From a virus (lineage: Duplodnaviria > Caudoviricetes), in IMG/VR virus record IMGVR_UViG_3300017761_002003, positions 1 to 38,140 of that record: 38,140 nucleotides of DNA; one strand, written 5' to 3'. The translations under genes and the position numbers were made by a program. Of this stretch, positions 35,864-38,140 are shown in pieces. Position 1 is the stretch's first letter, and the number at the start of each line of letters is the position of its first letter. The notes under the pieces are model-generated. The model worked only from the letters and a program-made list of their open reading frames with translations. It was not told the DNA's origin and ran no database searches.

Positions 35864-36034
35864 TTATTTGTTCTTAAACATTGGTGTAAGGTATTCAATC
35901 AGGTATTTTGCGTAACTAGTTAATAGTTCATTTCCGTCAAAGATAAATACTTCTTTTGAACCCTGAACAGCATTTTGGTATTCTTTATTTAATCTTGAAA
36001 ATGTTGATTTATCAACTGAAATAGTATTTGACAT
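35864..36034 (-). CDS. 56-aa hypothetical protein (not in ORF track)
   Basis: MSNTISVDKSTFSRLNKEYQNAVQGSKEVFIFDGNELLTSYAKYLIEYLTPMFKNK, directly after a promoter. Confidence 0.75.
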   Translation of the reverse strand: MSNTISVDKSTFSRLNKEYQNAVQGSKEVFIFDGNELLTSYAKYLIEYLTPMFKNK

Positions 36035-36057
36035 AACTGTTTTGTTTAATTATGGGA

Positions 36058-36088
36058 CAAAGATACAACTATTTTTTAAACCACCAAA
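36058..36088 (-). promoter_or_regulatory. Bacteroidota-type promoter TTTG-N19-TATCTTTG
   Basis: caaagata 36058-36065 and caaa 36085-36088 on +. Confidence 0.8.
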
Positions 36089-36091
36089 TTT

Positions 36092-36715
36092 TTATAATAT
36101 TTTATTCCCTTTTTTTAAATTATCTTCACCCCATAGTGGTTGTAGATTAGTGTGATGACATAATTTATATATCTCTTCTTCGGTTTCCGCCGAGGACAAT
36201 GGGATTATGTGGTCAATATGCCATTTACCATAATTTTCCCAAGACATACCTTCAGTAAATTTAGTTTCTAAATAATCTTTGATAAACATATAATCACACC
36301 CAAGTATTTCTTCAGTTTTTTTATTTTTTACTTTTGACTTACTTGTCAAAAACAAATAAACTCTATGTCTAAGATTATTTTTTAATTTAACTTCAAGTTT
36401 TTGTGAATGTTTTTTGACTATTTCTTTTCTTTTTTCAATATTTTGTTTATTCCACTCAAAAGACATTTTGTTATAATGTAATTTATGTTCATTATAGTAT
36501 TTTTTAGAATATTCTTGAGATTTTTCTTGATTTTCATAGTAATGTTTTTTTCTTTGAGCCGTTAATCTATCAATATTTTCTTCTCTCCATTTTTGTTGTT
36601 TTTTTTTATAACAAATTTTACATAAATTATTTAAACAATCTTTATTCCTATTAAAAATACCAAACTCACAAACTGATTTTTCAAGGTTACATCTTTTACA
36701 TACTTTTGTTTCCAT
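36092..36715 (-). CDS. HNH endonuclease with N-terminal zinc finger (cassette 2)
   Basis: METKVCKRC...CKIC; GMSWENYGKWHIDHIIP...HHTNLQPLWGEDNLKK; start ATG 36715. Confidence 0.9.
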   Translation of the reverse strand: METKVCKRCNLEKSVCEFGIFNRNKDCLNNLCKICYKKKQQKWREENIDRLTAQRKKHYYENQEKSQEYSKKYYNEHKLHYNKMSFEWNKQNIEKRKEIVKKHSQKLEVKLKNNLRHRVYLFLTSKSKVKNKKTEEILGCDYMFIKDYLETKFTEGMSWENYGKWHIDHIIPLSSAETEEEIYKLCHHTNLQPLWGEDNLKKGNKIL

Positions 36716-36857
36716 TATCACGATAATCTTTAAGTAATTTATTAACTAAAGACGATAAATTAATATGAAGGTTTCTATAATAAGTTAAAAGTTCCGGTTC
36801 TAACGCAACCGATACTTTTGTTTTTTTTTCTTCTTCTGTCTTTTTTATTCGTCCCAT
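36696..36857 (-). CDS. ribbon-helix-helix protein, 53 aa (cassette 2; not in ORF track)
   Basis: MGRIKKTEEEKKTKVSVALEPELLTYYRNLHINLSSLVNKLLKDYRDNGNKSM; 38/53 identical to the cassette 1 copy; 20-nt overlap with HNH. Confidence 0.85.
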   Translation of the reverse strand: MGRIKKTEEEKKTKVSVALEPELLTYYRNLHINLSSLVNKLLKDYRDNGNKSM

Positions 36858-36861
36858 ATAT

Positions 36862-36902
36862 TATAAATATCTTAAAATTATTTAAAAGTGTGATTATTCA
36901 CA
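36862..36902 (-). promoter_or_regulatory. TATTTATA promoter plus palindromic operator TGTGA-N4-TCACA
   Basis: tataaata 36862-36869; inverted repeat 36889-36902, same spacing as cassette 1. Confidence 0.65.
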
Positions 36903-36905
36903 ATT

Positions 36906-37805
36906 TTATTTTATTGTATAAAAGTAATCGTTTATATTACCTCTTAAATCCGCAACATCAGCGTCTCCTGTCAATTTTATTAATTTAATTTTACCATATA
37001 ACCTACCACCATTTAAGTTGTGATATAACTTAATAGCATCTTGGAAGGCATCACTATCCAAACAAATAATTATATTACCGTTTGCCTTCTCATATAATGT
37101 ATTAAGTAATAACTCCGACATATGTTTTCCCAACATAGATATACTATTAGGTAGGAAGATAGCGTCAAACGCTCCCTCACAAAGATGGATGTCATCATTC
37201 CAATTGATTGTGCTCTCAAAGAAAATTATATCATCTTTTGATGATTCCGGGTTCTTGTATTTGGCTCTACTATTTGGGTCCCAACTTCGGGCGATAAAAT
37301 AGTTTAATTCATCCTTACTATCATAAGAAGGTATAATTATCCTACCGGAGAATGAACCTCTATCACAAAACCCAATACCATACTTCTCAATAATCTTATC
37401 AGTAATCCCTCGTTGAGTTAGGTAGTTATACGCTTGACGACGAACCGGATAAACCAAACTACTATCCTTGAATTTGGTAAACCCCTCAGGTAATTTTAAT
37501 TTAGTAACTCGTTTCTCTTTTGGTTTGTGATTTTCAGGTTGAAGTAAGTTGTAGATTTTTTTCTGTTTCTTATTACCATACCGGTCAATTAACTTCCCTA
37601 ATGTTCCGTGAGTTCCGTTCTCATCAGAACAACTCCAACACTTCCAGACGTGCTCAAAGTAATTTACTTCAAGGTTTCCTTTGTTTCTACCCTCGTCACA
37701 CTCGCAACAGTTGTATGAAATTTGCCCTTTAGATTCATAATGAAGTTTTGAATCCCCGAGTATTTCTTGTAGTATCTCTAATAAAATTTCCGCATCGTCT
37801 GACAT
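36906..37805 (-). CDS. dnaG: DNA primase (zinc-binding + Toprim)
   Basis: CCEC...CWSC, YLTQRGI, RIIIP, ARS, KYKNP, CEGAFD, LDSDA; likely start ATG 37805. Confidence 0.9.
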   Translation of the reverse strand: MSDDAEILLEILQEILGDSKLHYESKGQISYNCCECDEGRNKGNLEVNYFEHVWKCWSCSDENGTHGTLGKLIDRYGNKKQKKIYNLLQPENHKPKEKRVTKLKLPEGFTKFKDSSLVYPVRRQAYNYLTQRGITDKIIEKYGIGFCDRGSFSGRIIIPSYDSKDELNYFIARSWDPNSRAKYKNPESSKDDIIFFESTINWNDDIHLCEGAFDAIFLPNSISMLGKHMSELLLNTLYEKANGNIIICLDSDAFQDAIKLYHNLNGGRLYGKIKLIKLTGDADVADLRGNINDYFYTIK

Positions 37806-37810
37806 AAGGA

Positions 37811-37842
37811 CAAAGATACAAATAAAAATTATTATTATCAAA
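37811..37842 (-). promoter_or_regulatory. Bacteroidota-type promoter TTTG-N20-TATCTTTG
   Basis: caaagata 37811-37818 and caaa 37839-37842 on +. Confidence 0.75.
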
Positions 37843-37894
37843 ACTTTATTAGTTTTTTATTCACCCTATATTTATGATAATAACTTTTAAGTAA

Positions 37895-38140
37895 ATGCCA
37901 ACAAATATTAACATCAATAATATATCAGGTTTAACACCATTCAATGTTTATCTATGTGACCAATCAAACGTTACCTGTATTTACATTGACACAATACCAT
38001 CATCATCATTACCTTATAATTTTCAGGTTCCGTCAATAATGGAAAACCAACCATCATATAATTTAAAAGTTGTTGATGATAATGGTTGCATTTCAATCTC
38101 AAATATCTTAATAGGACCATTACCCTCTCCAAATCCTACA
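37895..38140 (+). CDS. late, probably virion-associated beta-rich protein, N-terminus only
   Basis: MPTNININNISGLTPFNVYLCD...LKVVDDNGC...PLPSPNPT, open to the window end; TATTTAT at 37869-37875. Confidence 0.7.
   Translation, partial: MPTNININNISGLTPFNVYLCDQSNVTCIYIDTIPSSSLPYNFQVPSIMENQPSYNLKVVDDNGCISISNILIGPLPSPNPT

Noticed and set aside
32378-36857. HNH genes as intron- or intein-encoded, or as IS elements
   Set aside because: Flanking genes appear uninterrupted; no terminal inverted repeats, clear target duplications or transposase motifs seen
36889-36902. CRP site (TGTGA...TCACA)
   Set aside because: Spacer is 4 nt rather than 6, and the positional twin at 33229-33242 points to a cassette-specific operator
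225-37732. Short opposite-strand or alternate-frame ORFs in the track (e.g. 225..422, 5840..6040, 11814..12299, 13445..13747, 16355..16765, 23530..23859, 27527..29748 set, 35279..35527, 37520..37732)
   Set aside because: Nested in well-supported genes, with no motifs or promoters; shadow ORFs
1-38140. Stop-codon reassignment (TAG or TGA recoding)
   Set aside because: Standard-code ORFs tile the window densely, and TAG ends RHH copy 1 at the same position as TAA in copy 2
1-38140. tRNA or rRNA genes
   Set aside because: Intergenic gaps are short and AT-rich; no cloverleaf or T-loop context found by eye

Overview
AT-rich (about 28-30% GC by eye), densely coded, mostly minus-strand segment of a large or jumbo dsDNA bacteriophage that very probably infects Bacteroidota. 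Host evidence: repeated TTG-N19/20-TAnnTTTG promoters, a Bacteroidota-type sigma factor, an Hc1-type histone-like protein and a PID-CTERM-like protein. It carries replication and recombination genes (primase, SbcC/gp46 and SbcD/gp47 homologues, PD-(D/E)xK exonuclease), three DNA methyltransferases (one in a putative R-M pair), DnaJ, thioredoxin, glutaredoxin, a Nudix hydrolase, a partial CCA-adding enzyme and a putative late lysis/virion operon. A second promoter motif, TATTTAT(A), is presumed late. Most notable: (1) a monocistronic SAM-synthetase (MetK)-derived protein that has lost its catalytic motifs; (2) two copies of a ribbon-helix-helix + HNH cassette, whose RHH genes are missing from the ORF track, each with its own co-varying palindromic operator; (3) a family of late proteins sharing a leader ending in (L/I)xE fused to different cargo domains (LysM, LRR, acidic); (4) a promoter+gene unit bounded by an exact 33-bp terminator duplication; (5) an amidase-fold protein lacking its zinc ligands; (6) a candidate small RNA. 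All assignments come from motif recognition by eye; no database searches were run.
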